The position numbers and the translations under genes were made by a program. From an uncultured Pseudomonadota bacterium (GTDB lineage Bacteria > Pseudomonadota > Alphaproteobacteria > RF32 > CAG-239), in NCBI GenBank assembly GCA_949295915.1, contig CASFNB010000004.1:4294-68293 (forward strand): a stretch of 64,000 nucleotides of DNA, read 5' to 3'. The notes below the pieces were generated by a model. It was not told the origin of the DNA and did not search any database. It was given only the letters and a program-made list of their open reading frames with translations. Shown here one piece after another: positions 38,844 through 48,546 of this stretch (position 1 is its first letter; each line of letters begins with the position of its first letter).

Positions 38844-40256
38844 CTAAAACAACTTCAAAACTGCTTGGGATGCTTGTGATGCCAAGCTCAAGGAATTGAT
38901 ACCGAGTTGTTGTCTGGTTTGCAATGCCAACATGTTGGCTGATTCTTCGTTCATATCGGCCAAGGTCAAGTTATCGGCACCTTCCGTTAACACATTAATC
39001 AAATTATCGGTAAAATCTTGACGTGTTTGAACAATGGAATAATTATTACCGAAATCTGAAGCCATGGTACGAAGCTCTCTGATTGCGCTTTCGACTTGAG
39101 AAATGGCAAAATCGATATCGGAATCTCTTTGCCAATCATTTCTTGCGGCAGATAAACCCAAACCTTTGGCACTGGCATCCACACCTTCAACTTCCAATTT
39201 TGAAGAACGATCTTCATTGAAGATTACGGTCAAGTCATTTTCTTGCAACAAGTTGATGCCTTTGTAAACAGAATCTTTTGCTACATTATCAATTTGAGAT
39301 AAAATCTCATTAAATTGAGCTGCATAGTCAATGCGTTCTTGTCTAACTTCGCTGGCAATACCGGCCGACTTATCCTGAGCTCCGCCCAATGCTTTCAATG
39401 CGGCTTGATTTTTTTCCACATCATCAGCAAAAATACGGAATTCCAAATCTTCTGCCGTAATAGCAACCATTTTACCATCCGGATTTGCAACAATACCGAT
39501 ATCTCCGGCATCTTCGTTTGCTTGGTTAATTGCAGCGGCAATGGTTGCAGAGTTTTGCCCTGTGCTATCAGGCTCCAAAGTAACGACCATAGCATTTTCT
39601 GTTGCTGCCTGCAAACTATCTGCCCCTTTGGTCCATGAGATGGCTGTACCATCAGTAGAAGAAACGTTAATTGTACTTGCATCTTCATCCCAGCTGGCAT
39701 TCAAGCCCATACCTTGCAAATCTGTGATAATGGACGCCGCAATATCCGACTCATCTCCGCCAGCATCTGCAATTGTTGTGATAGTTTTTTGAGTGCCGTT
39801 TTCCAGGTAGACGGTAAATTCTTTTTCAAAATCATCTGCTTGGATTTCTAGATCAAAAGCGGTTAAATCCGTGCGGGTATCCAAGATGATTTCACCATCA
39901 ACCGGTTTAGTCACTTCATCAGTGGTAATGGCATATTTATCATAATTGCTGGCAATATCGCGGGCTGAGTTTGCAACTGCTTTTGCTTGTTGAACGAATG
40001 AGGTGATTGTTTCAATACCTTCGTTTGCGGCTTTAATGGTTTGAACACCTTGCCCCATGCTATCTAACAAAGCATCTAAGTCATCTGCTCGGTTGTTTAA
40101 GGATTGTGCCGTATAATATGACGACGGATTATCTATTGCCGAATTGACTTTATTTCCCGTTGCCAAACGTTCTTGTGTCATATCCATCAAGCTTTGCGTA
40201 TTTTGCAAAGATAACAAATTAGAACGCATACTTGCTGTTAATGATATATCTGCCAT
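38844..40256 (-). CDS. fliC: Flagellin 3 (470 aa, more divergent paralog)
   Basis: Same conserved termini; acidic variable region. Confidence 0.93.
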   Translation of the reverse strand: MADISLTASMRSNLLSLQNTQSLMDMTQERLATGNKVNSAIDNPSSYYTAQSLNNRADDLDALLDSMGQGVQTIKAANEGIETITSFVQQAKAVANSARDIASNYDKYAITTDEVTKPVDGEIILDTRTDLTAFDLEIQADDFEKEFTVYLENGTQKTITTIADAGGDESDIAASIITDLQGMGLNASWDEDASTINVSSTDGTAISWTKGADSLQAATENAMVVTLEPDSTGQNSATIAAAINQANEDAGDIGIVANPDGKMVAITAEDLEFRIFADDVEKNQAALKALGGAQDKSAGIASEVRQERIDYAAQFNEILSQIDNVAKDSVYKGINLLQENDLTVIFNEDRSSKLEVEGVDASAKGLGLSAARNDWQRDSDIDFAISQVESAIRELRTMASDFGNNYSIVQTRQDFTDNLINVLTEGADNLTLADMNEESANMLALQTRQQLGINSLSLASQASQAVLKLF

Positions 40257-40362
40257 ATTTTAATCTCCTTCTTGCGGATAAAATTTACCTTTTGTTAATA
40301 TTCAATACTAATTTTTTTTATTTATCAGCATTTTTGTATATTTATCCACAGGATATAAGAAA

Positions 40363-40761
40363 TTACTCTTCTCCACGAAGCATTTTGCCAAACTGTTCAT
40401 CTTCCTTTTTTACCAATTGCATGGCACTCTTAATGGCACCGTAATAATCTGCATTGATAATATTGTCATTCACCATGGAAACAAAAGGAATAAGGCTCGG
40501 CGCGGCTTTTTGCAAATCTCTTACATATTCCAAGTAAAGAGCATGGAGCTTTTCCGGTGTGCGCGACAGATACATTTGTTGCACGATAAAATATATTCTT
40601 TTGCAAGGGGTATTTGCTTCTTTTTCTCTTAAAATGTATTTTTCCCTTAAGATTGGTACATTTCCTTCAATATAAAAACGGGTACGGTCTCCGTCGTTGG
40701 TGATGATAGACTCACCGATAATGATGCTTTCATGAGGTTTTAATTCTATTTTTAAAGGCAT
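40363..40761 (-). CDS. flbT: Flagellin mRNA regulator FlbT
   Basis: MPLKIELKPHESIIIG, VPILREK, ANTPCKRIYFIVQQMYL, YYGAIKSAMQLVKKE. Confidence 0.92.
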   Translation of the reverse strand: MPLKIELKPHESIIIGESIITNDGDRTRFYIEGNVPILREKYILREKEANTPCKRIYFIVQQMYLSRTPEKLHALYLEYVRDLQKAAPSLIPFVSMVNDNIINADYYGAIKSAMQLVKKEDEQFGKMLRGEE

Positions 40762-40889
40762 TTTCTTTCCTCCATTTTACTCTTTTTTAACAAAACTGTG
40801 AACAGTATATAATTATTTTATTTCTTTTTGCAAATCTTTATTTGCGAAGTGTGATTTTATTAACCTCTTTTTATTATGCGAGTCTGTGA

Positions 40890-41312
40890 ATGGCCATTCA
40901 ACCTAAAAATTTTGATGATGCAGAAAAAAGTGTTTATATGAGAGCCCTCTCGTTTATGCTTTCTTTAGATAAGAAAAACACGGTTGAAAAATTTGACTTT
41001 CTTAAAATTCAAGCCTTGCGTTGCGGATTTGACGGTAGAAAAATCAAAACAAGATCAACCGACAAAAGCTCTGATATTGCTTTGGCTCTTAATAAAATTG
41101 ACAATATTGCGATTAGACGTTATATCCTTCTCAACATGATTATGCTGACAATCGCCGGTCATGAGCTCTTAGATACCGAGGTGGATACCATCTACGGAAT
41201 CGGAACAAAAGCCGGAATCAGCGTGGATAAAATTGATGACTTTTTCCTTTGGGCTGCTCGAGGCGTGGAATGGCAAGTCGAAGGAATGCGAATCGTTGAA
41301 GAAGACTTATAA
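40890..41312 (+). CDS. TerB-like (tellurite resistance B fold) hypothetical protein
   Basis: Helical pattern YILLNMIMLTIAGHELLDTEVDTIYGIGTKAGIS; 3 bp from uup. Confidence 0.45.
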   Translation: MAIQPKNFDDAEKSVYMRALSFMLSLDKKNTVEKFDFLKIQALRCGFDGRKIKTRSTDKSSDIALALNKIDNIAIRRYILLNMIMLTIAGHELLDTEVDTIYGIGTKAGISVDKIDDFFLWAARGVEWQVEGMRIVEEDL

Positions 41313-41315
41313 AAT

Positions 41316-43127
41316 ATGACTAGTGAACCGCCGATTTATGCAATTAAAGGAGCCGAGCTGAGTTTCGGCTCCAATCATTTGTTTACAAATGTTGACCTAT
41401 ATATTAACCGCGGAGATAAAATTTCTCTGGTCGGACGTAACGGCTCAGGAAAATCGACTCTGTTAAAAGTGATTTCCGGCGTGCTTGAACCTGATAACGG
41501 CGAAATTTTTATTCAGCCCGGAATCAAAATTGCCTATATGCCTCAAGAGCCTGACTTTTCTCAATATCATTCCCTTAAAGAAATGATCCTTTCCGGATTG
41601 CCCGATAACGGGAAAGGACAAGAATATAAAGCCGATATGCTCATTCAACAATTTAACATTATCGGTGATGCGTCCCCAAAATCTGCTTCCGGAGGAGAAA
41701 GACGCAAGGCCGCATTGGCAAAAACTCTTATCAATGAGCCAGACATTCTGCTGCTTGACGAGCCTACCAACCACCTTGATATTGCTACTATCGAAACTCT
41801 GGAAAATATCATCAAAAATTTTGCCGGTGCGGTGGTGGTTATTTCTCACGACAGAATGTTTTTGAATAACATTTCGCAAACAACATTTTGGCTCGACCGT
41901 GGAATCATGCGCCGCAACAACAAAGGCTTTAAGTTTTTTGAAGAATGGCAAGACCAGGTTATTGAACAAGAAATCATCGAGCAAAAAAATCTTAATAAAA
42001 AATTGGAAGAAGAGACGGAATGGCTGCATAAAGGCGTTACGGCTCGTCGTCGCCGCAACCAAGGAAGACTGCGCCGTTTGCAACAACTTAGAATCGAGCG
42101 CAAAGAACAAATCAAACAAATCGGCAATATCAACCTCAATGTCGAAGAAGGCGATTATCGTTCCAAATTGGTGATTGAAGCCAAAAATATTTGCAAAGCT
42201 TTTGGTGACAGAATCATTGTTAAAGATTTTTCAACCCGCATTATTAAAGGAAACAAAATCGGTATCGCCGGTCCAAACGGCGCCGGAAAAACCACTTTAA
42301 TCAAACTCTTAACTAAAAGACTCGAACCCGACTCCGGTTTCGTCAGAATCGGTAAAAATTTGGAAGAAGCTTACTTTGACCAAAATAGGCTAACGCTTGA
42401 CCCGAAAAAGACTCTTTGGCAAACGCTTTGTGATAAAGGCGACCATATTTTGGTGCGCGGACAATATCGTCATATTATTGCTTATCTTAAAGACTTTTTG
42501 TTCCGTCCCGATCAAGCGCATTGTCCGGTTTCTGCCCTTTCCGGCGGTGAAAAAAACCGTCTTATGTTGGCTAAGGCCTTGGCTCAACCCTCAAACTTTT
42601 TGGTTTTGGATGAACCAACCAATGATTTGGATATGGATACGCTTGATTTGCTGCAAGAGGTTTTAAGCGACTATGAAGGGACCATGCTCATCGTCAGCCA
42701 TGATCGCGACTTTTTGGACCGAGTGGTTACATCCGTTATCTATATGAAAGGCGATGGCACCGTTTTTGAAAATGCCGGCAGCTATTCGGAAATTTTGGAA
42801 AAAATACACACTCAAAACAAACCCGAAAGCAAAGATAATAAAAAAGCTCCCAGTAAACCCGTTGCTGCCGAACCTCGTCCGAAAAAAACGGCAAAACTCA
42901 GCTATAATCAGCAAAGACTCTTAGAAATTTTGCCGCAAAAGGTTGAAGATTTGGAACAAAAAATTGCTCTTACCGAGCAAAAACTCGGCGATGCCGATTT
43001 GTACAACTCTAACCGTGCCGAATTTGAAAAATTGAGTGCAGATTTGCTCAAATTGAAAGACGAAATGGAAAAAGCCGAAAATGAATGGCTGGAAATCCAA
43101 GCCTTAAAAGATGAACTTGAAGCTTAA
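41316..43127 (+). CDS. uup: ABC-F family ATPase Uup
   Basis: GRNGSGKST, SGGERR, LLLDEPTNHLD, GVTARRRRNQGR, GPNGAGKTT, LSGGEKNR; C-terminal KLSYNQQR coiled coil. Confidence 0.9.
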   Translation: MTSEPPIYAIKGAELSFGSNHLFTNVDLYINRGDKISLVGRNGSGKSTLLKVISGVLEPDNGEIFIQPGIKIAYMPQEPDFSQYHSLKEMILSGLPDNGKGQEYKADMLIQQFNIIGDASPKSASGGERRKAALAKTLINEPDILLLDEPTNHLDIATIETLENIIKNFAGAVVVISHDRMFLNNISQTTFWLDRGIMRRNNKGFKFFEEWQDQVIEQEIIEQKNLNKKLEEETEWLHKGVTARRRRNQGRLRRLQQLRIERKEQIKQIGNINLNVEEGDYRSKLVIEAKNICKAFGDRIIVKDFSTRIIKGNKIGIAGPNGAGKTTLIKLLTKRLEPDSGFVRIGKNLEEAYFDQNRLTLDPKKTLWQTLCDKGDHILVRGQYRHIIAYLKDFLFRPDQAHCPVSALSGGEKNRLMLAKALAQPSNFLVLDEPTNDLDMDTLDLLQEVLSDYEGTMLIVSHDRDFLDRVVTSVIYMKGDGTVFENAGSYSEILEKIHTQNKPESKDNKKAPSKPVAAEPRPKKTAKLSYNQQRLLEILPQKVEDLEQKIALTEQKLGDADLYNSNRAEFEKLSADLLKLKDEMEKAENEWLEIQALKDELEA

Positions 43128-43693
43128 GCGCAGGCTTTTGTCAATAGTTTGATTATTCCTTCCAACTGCGGTTCGACTAACTGTCTTTCTTGAGGTGATA
43201 TTTTTTCAACGTTCAAATTTCTTCTCTGAAGATCTGCCGCACGGCGTAAGGTTGATGCAACTTTCGAATCTTCTGCATTGTCAGCACCATCTTGCATCAG
43301 GCGTTGTTTTTTTAATACTTCTCTATCGCGAAGAATGGTCAATATGATGACTCGCAATCGCGTATTAATATGTACAAATCTATTTACATCCCATCCGCGG
43401 CGACGTAACCATGCTGACAATTTGCTATCGAGCTGGTTGCTTCCGTCTGTTGTGTCGTATGATAACTCTGGGATTTGAGGCCCATGCTCATATTCTTCAC
43501 AATATTTTATCCATGTTCGTAAAAAAGCCTTTAACTCTTCCGATGAAATTTGTACCGAAACAGATACTTGATTCTTTGGATAATGCGGGGCAAATTTTTC
43601 ATTTTCTATATGATAAACGGCTGAAGCAATAATGCACAGAGCAACCGTAAAAATTGCTAAAATTATGTATATATATTTCTTTCGAATTTTCAT
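43124..43693 (-). CDS. Hypothetical membrane-anchored/exported protein
   Basis: Start 43693 preferred (MKIRKKYIYIILAIFTVALCIIASAV); the longer track start overlaps the HAD gene. Confidence 0.7.
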   Translation of the reverse strand: MKIRKKYIYIILAIFTVALCIIASAVYHIENEKFAPHYPKNQVSVSVQISSEELKAFLRTWIKYCEEYEHGPQIPELSYDTTDGSNQLDSKLSAWLRRRGWDVNRFVHINTRLRVIILTILRDREVLKKQRLMQDGADNAEDSKVASTLRRAADLQRRNLNVEKISPQERQLVEPQLEGIIKLLTKACA

Positions 43694-43694
43694 G

Positions 43695-44588
43695 CTACCA
43701 GCGCAAATTGGAAATGACATAATCCGGCGAGGTGTCAAAACTGTTTGAAAGCTCTCTGGTTTTGGCAACATCGGGAATGTAACCTTCGCCCAAAAAATTA
43801 ACATGAACGCCTTTGCTAACCAAAGCGGCATGAATGCCTAACAAATTGGCACCTTTTATATCTGTTGTCATATTATCGCCAATCATCAATATTTTGGCTT
43901 TGTCCATATCAGCATGGTCTTCGATTACGTATTCCATGATTTTGACATCGGGTTTGCCAACGGTGATAATTTTTCCTCCCAAAACGGCATATTGTTCCGC
44001 AATTGCCCCCGCTGCTAAACAAACTTTACCATCCTTATACGTAGAGGTATCGTTACCGGCACAAACAAACGGAATTGCCAAGCTGGCAGCGTGTTCGAGC
44101 TCTGCTCGGTAAGTGTCGGTTGTATCATCTAAAGAAGCAACCTCACCCATATATATAAAGTCTGCTTTACTGATGTCGCTTACTTTTTCATAATCCAAGC
44201 CGCTAAAAACACCGTCATCTTCTTGACTCCCCAATTGATAATAGCGGGCACCGAGAGCAGCATATATGCCTTGTTTGGCTTTTAAATGATAATGCAAAAT
44301 TTCGCCGGCTGTGATAATCGAATCAAACAAACTCAACGGGACTCTGTTTTCATGCAACAATCTGGCAACGGCTGCAACTCTTTTAGAGGTGTTGCTCAAC
44401 AAAATGATGTGCTTGCCTGATTTTTTCAGATTAACAAGCGCAGTAATTGCTTCAGACTTAACTGAAGAGCCGTCTGTTATAACGCCGGAAAAACCAACGA
44501 TAAAAACTTCATAATTGTCTATTATTTTCAAAATATTAACGATGGGTTTTATCATTTTCATTTTGTTATCGTCCCAATCATAAAACAT
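43695..44588 (-). CDS. HAD-superfamily class IIA hydrolase (TIGR01459-like)
   Basis: LLSNTSKR, IITAGE, GKPD, MIGDNMTTDIKGAN; motif I reads VGFSGVI instead of DxxGV. Confidence 0.8.
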   Translation of the reverse strand: MFYDWDDNKMKMIKPIVNILKIIDNYEVFIVGFSGVITDGSSVKSEAITALVNLKKSGKHIILLSNTSKRVAAVARLLHENRVPLSLFDSIITAGEILHYHLKAKQGIYAALGARYYQLGSQEDDGVFSGLDYEKVSDISKADFIYMGEVASLDDTTDTYRAELEHAASLAIPFVCAGNDTSTYKDGKVCLAAGAIAEQYAVLGGKIITVGKPDVKIMEYVIEDHADMDKAKILMIGDNMTTDIKGANLLGIHAALVSKGVHVNFLGEGYIPDVAKTRELSNSFDTSPDYVISNLRW

Positions 44589-44664
44589 TTGCGCAAATTC
44601 TCTTTGAAACTAGTATATTTACATACCAATTTCAAGCAAATAAACAAAGTTTTTAGCTATTTTT

Positions 44665-45867
44665 TTAAATTTTGTCGTATTGAGTCAAAGCTTGCGGGAA
44701 AGGCTTTAAGACTTGCCTTAAAACGCCTTTAAGTTCTGATATGCAAACCCCGTAATTGGTGATGGGGACGCCTGCCTGCTCACACTTATTAATGCGCGAC
44801 AACATTTCTCGGCGATTGTGCATACATCCGCCACACTGAACCACAAGTTTATATTCTGCCAAATCAGCCGGAAAATCGTGTCCGGCAACGTGATTGATTA
44901 TTAAATCCTTGCCGGTTTTCTTTCTCAATAAATTTGGAATTTTGACACGTCCGATATCATCTTCAATCGCATGGTGAGTGCAAGATTCTGCAATCAATAC
45001 TTTATCTCCGTCTTGCAAATTTTTAATAGCGGCTGCACCTTCAACCAATTTGACAATATCACCTTTCATACGCGCAAATAAAATGGAGAATGTCGTGCAG
45101 GTTATATCTTCCGGTGTATTTTTTACCATAAAGTCCACCACTTGCGAATCGCAAACCACCAAGGATGGCGGCGTTTTCATATTTTCCAGCGCTTTTATAT
45201 ATTCATTTTCTTTGACAACCGTTACGATTTGGTCATTGTCCAGCGCATCGCGAATCGACTGAACTTGCGGCATTATCAAACGCCCTTTCGGCGCTTCTTT
45301 GTCTATCGGCACCAGTAAAATTATGTTTGATTGCCTTGGCGCTAAATCTCCCAAAATCGTCGGCTGATTGATGAAATCTTCAGGGCAAACTTTTATCAAC
45401 TCGGCTTTGAGTTTACTCAAGATGGTATCTCTTGAGCTCAAATCCAGCGCATTGACTTTTATCCCCTCGCCGTCACAAGAAAATTTATCGGCTTTATTAA
45501 AAATTTTTATCAACGGTAAATTTCTGTTTCCTGCCTCTTTGATAATTTCTTCCTCATATTTGCCGATATTATTTCCCTCGCAAATAAGCAAAACAATATC
45601 ACTTCTGTCCCATACGGATTGAGTTTTTGCCAAACGTTTTTCACCTAAATCGGTTTCATCTCCCAGCCCTGCCGTATCCAGCCAAGTAATCGGACCTATC
45701 GGTAATAACTCCTGATTTTTTTCAACTATATCCGTCGTTGTTCCTTCTTTAGCGGAAGTAATGGAAACATCTTGACCGGTTATCAGATTCAAAAAGCTTG
45801 ATTTTCCGGCATTTACTCTGCCCATGAGGGCTATGTGTAATCTTAAAGCTTTGGGCGTACTTAACAT
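44665..45867 (-). CDS. hydF: [FeFe]-hydrogenase H-cluster maturation GTPase HydF
   Basis: GRVNAGKSS, GTTTD, DTAG, NKAD; ESCTHH, CGGCMHN, TNYG. Confidence 0.93.
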   Translation of the reverse strand: MLSTPKALRLHIALMGRVNAGKSSFLNLITGQDVSITSAKEGTTTDIVEKNQELLPIGPITWLDTAGLGDETDLGEKRLAKTQSVWDRSDIVLLICEGNNIGKYEEEIIKEAGNRNLPLIKIFNKADKFSCDGEGIKVNALDLSSRDTILSKLKAELIKVCPEDFINQPTILGDLAPRQSNIILLVPIDKEAPKGRLIMPQVQSIRDALDNDQIVTVVKENEYIKALENMKTPPSLVVCDSQVVDFMVKNTPEDITCTTFSILFARMKGDIVKLVEGAAAIKNLQDGDKVLIAESCTHHAIEDDIGRVKIPNLLRKKTGKDLIINHVAGHDFPADLAEYKLVVQCGGCMHNRREMLSRINKCEQAGVPITNYGVCISELKGVLRQVLKPFPQALTQYDKI

Positions 45868-46619
45868 CTTTTTTCCTGACTTAATTTTTTTATAACTTCA
45901 TTCGCAATCGTTAAACCAAAAATGGCGGTAATTGTCGGCAAAGAGCCTAATGTGTGGCGCTTTCTGCCGTTTGGCGGTGTGTTTTCGGCAATCTCATCGG
46001 CTTCTATCATCGCATTTTCGGGTAAATCTATTTGCTCATCGGAATAAACGCAATCAATTTCATTTATCGTTACCCCTCTTCTTTTCAGACGTTTTCTGAT
46101 AAACTTGGATAGGCTGCAATTTTTGGTTTGGCTTAAATGTCCGAACTTGATGCAAGACGTATCCGTTTTCAACGCCGCTCCCATGGAAGATATGAAAGGA
46201 ATCTTCTGCATCCATAAGGCTTCCATCAAACAACATTTGGGATTTAAGGCATCAATGGCATCAACCACAAAATCGGCTTTATATTGTAGCAATTCCGGCA
46301 AGGTTTCGGCATTGACAAACAGCTCTTTGGTTTCTACCACACAATCAGGATTAATGTCTAAAACTCTTTCTTTACCGACTTCCACTTTCTTACGTCCGAC
46401 CGTACTATGCAGAGCCAAAATTTGGCGATTGATATTGCTTTCATCAAAGACATCAAAGTCCACCAAAATCAAATGTCCGACACCGGAGCGCGCCAAAGCC
46501 TCGACCACATAACCCCCGACAGCACCGACACCCACGACCATTACCGTTGCCTGTTGCAAGCGTTTTATTCCCTCTTCTCCCAACAACAATGAGGTTCGCA
46601 AAAACTGCTCTTTTACCAT
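45861..46619 (-). CDS. tcdA: tRNA threonylcarbamoyladenosine dehydratase (ThiF/E1-like)
   Basis: GVGAVGGYVVEALARSGVG, DFDVFDESNINRQ, VVDAID, SSMGAA, GSLPTITAIFG. Confidence 0.88.
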   Translation of the reverse strand: MVKEQFLRTSLLLGEEGIKRLQQATVMVVGVGAVGGYVVEALARSGVGHLILVDFDVFDESNINRQILALHSTVGRKKVEVGKERVLDINPDCVVETKELFVNAETLPELLQYKADFVVDAIDALNPKCCLMEALWMQKIPFISSMGAALKTDTSCIKFGHLSQTKNCSLSKFIRKRLKRRGVTINEIDCVYSDEQIDLPENAMIEADEIAENTPPNGRKRHTLGSLPTITAIFGLTIANEVIKKLSQEKRC

Positions 46620-47359
46620 GCTTTGATAAACTCCAGTGAATTTTGATAAATTTGTTCGCCCAATTTTTCCATATTTTCTTTTTTCTCTTCAGCTATTGCT
46701 TTCAATATTTGCGGTAACTCTTCAATACCACTTTCTTTTCCTTTGACCTGAGATTGATAAGGTCCGTCGGTTTCCAGCAAAATCTTATCATTAGGAATCT
46801 CCCTTAATGCACTTAAAGTTTTTTTGCTTTTCAACAGCCCTCCCGAAAAGGAAAAATAAGCACCATATTTTACGGCAATTTTTGCTTGTTCTGCCGAACC
46901 TCCGAAAGAATGCAAAACAAACTTTTTCGGCATTTTGCCCCACAATTCATCTAACCAGTCAAAACTCTTGACTGCGTGTATCAACAGCGGGCGGCGGAAT
47001 TTTTGGGCTAACTCTATATGTTTTATAAAGACCTCTCTTTGCGGCTCTGCTTCCGGATTTTTCAGTTTATCCAGCCCGCATTCTCCGACCAACGCATTGG
47101 GAAATTGCTGCAACATTTCTTCCAATGTGGATAGCCAAATTGCACTTCTTTTATCCAAATACCACGGATGCAAGCCAAACGCCGGAAGCACTTTCTGCGG
47201 ATTGGTTTGAGATAAAATTGCCACTTTTTCCCAATCTTCTTCCGTTGCCGAAACACAAAGCAATTTTTGCACACCGAATTTGGACATTTCTTCTATAATA
47301 TCCGTTGCACATTTTTGCTTATAATCTTGCAAATGTATATGAGTGTCGATAAACTGCAA
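46613..47359 (-). CDS. tatD: TatD-family metal-dependent hydrolase/DNase
   Basis: IDTHIH, GLHPW, VGECGLD, LIHAV, LHSF, LLETDGPY. Confidence 0.88.
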   Translation of the reverse strand: MQFIDTHIHLQDYKQKCATDIIEEMSKFGVQKLLCVSATEEDWEKVAILSQTNPQKVLPAFGLHPWYLDKRSAIWLSTLEEMLQQFPNALVGECGLDKLKNPEAEPQREVFIKHIELAQKFRRPLLIHAVKSFDWLDELWGKMPKKFVLHSFGGSAEQAKIAVKYGAYFSFSGGLLKSKKTLSALREIPNDKILLETDGPYQSQVKGKESGIEELPQILKAIAEEKKENMEKLGEQIYQNSLEFIKAW

Positions 47360-47414
47360 TATGATTTTTCCTCATCGAAAAATTGGTTCATTCTGGAAAG
47401 GATATTAGAAAATT

Positions 47415-48506
47415 ATGCATATTTTGACAAGACCAATTTTAGAAATCAATCTCAAGCATTTGCTTGAAAATTTCCACCAACTTGAAAAGCTCGCCGAGCA
47501 CTCAATCCCTGCCGCCGTGGTTAAAGACGACGCTTACGGACTTGATGCCAAAATCATTGCCAAAACACTTTATGAAAAAGCAAATTGCCGTAACTTTTTT
47601 GTCGCTCACGGTATTGAAGGTGAGAGAATTCGCCCCTTTGTGCCTGAGGCAAATATTTATGTTTTGCAAGGTATCGGCGAAGATAGTTTTGAACATTTTA
47701 GCAAAAATAAACTCATTCCGGTTATCAGTACACCGCAAATGTTTGCTTATTGGAAACAAAACCGCATTGAAGGGATTAAGCCGGTTATTCATATTGAAAC
47801 AGGTTTGAATCGCCTCGGATTCAGAGAAAAAGAACTGGAAGCTTTAAGTGATGCCGACAGAGCCGAATTTTCAATCGTTATGTCTCACTTGGCTTGCGGT
47901 GATGAAAAAGACCACTTTATGAACAAACATCAGTTGGACAACTTCATACGCCTTAAAAACAAATATTTTCCGAACCTCCCCGGCTCTCTTTCGGCTTCCG
48001 ACGGTGTGTTCCTCGGGCGTGATTTTCAACAAGATATTGTCCGCTTGGGGGCGGCCATGTATGGTATCAACACCGCGCCGTATCGTGAAAACCAAATGAA
48101 AAATGTTGCCTACATCAAAGCACCGGTTTTGCAAGTGGAAGACTTGCCGGTCGGTGAATTTGTCGGCTATTCTGCCACTTATCGCGCCAACTCGCCGCGC
48201 AAAATTGCCATTGTTTCGATTGGTTACGGCGACGGTCTGCCGCGCTCTCTTTCCAACGTGGGCAAAGTTTTCTTCAAGTCCCCTGACGGAAAACTCTTTG
48301 AAGCACGCATTATCGGTCGTATGTCGATGGATAATGTGATTTGCGATGTAACCAATGTGGAAAATTTGCAAGTCGGCAACTTAGCCTATTTTGCCGATGA
48401 TTTTTATACCCTTGACGATATGGGGCGCGATGCCGGTACAATTTCTTATGAAATTTTATCCCGCATCGGCAAAAATACGCGCTACATCAGAAAATATATT
48501 GATTAA
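47415..48506 (+). CDS. alr: Alanine racemase
   Basis: AVVKDDAYG, HIETGLNRLG, MSHLAC, VRLGAAMYG, VGYSATY, GYGDG, IGRMSMD, ISYEIL. Confidence 0.95.
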   Translation: MHILTRPILEINLKHLLENFHQLEKLAEHSIPAAVVKDDAYGLDAKIIAKTLYEKANCRNFFVAHGIEGERIRPFVPEANIYVLQGIGEDSFEHFSKNKLIPVISTPQMFAYWKQNRIEGIKPVIHIETGLNRLGFREKELEALSDADRAEFSIVMSHLACGDEKDHFMNKHQLDNFIRLKNKYFPNLPGSLSASDGVFLGRDFQQDIVRLGAAMYGINTAPYRENQMKNVAYIKAPVLQVEDLPVGEFVGYSATYRANSPRKIAIVSIGYGDGLPRSLSNVGKVFFKSPDGKLFEARIIGRMSMDNVICDVTNVENLQVGNLAYFADDFYTLDDMGRDAGTISYEILSRIGKNTRYIRKYID

Positions 48507-48546
48507 AAAAAGCAAAGCTCCTCAGATGAGGAGCTTTGCTTTTTTT
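48505..48546. terminator. Bidirectional terminator
   Basis: AAAAAAAGCAAAGCTCCTC-agat-GAGGAGCTTTGCTTTTTTT. Confidence 0.85.
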
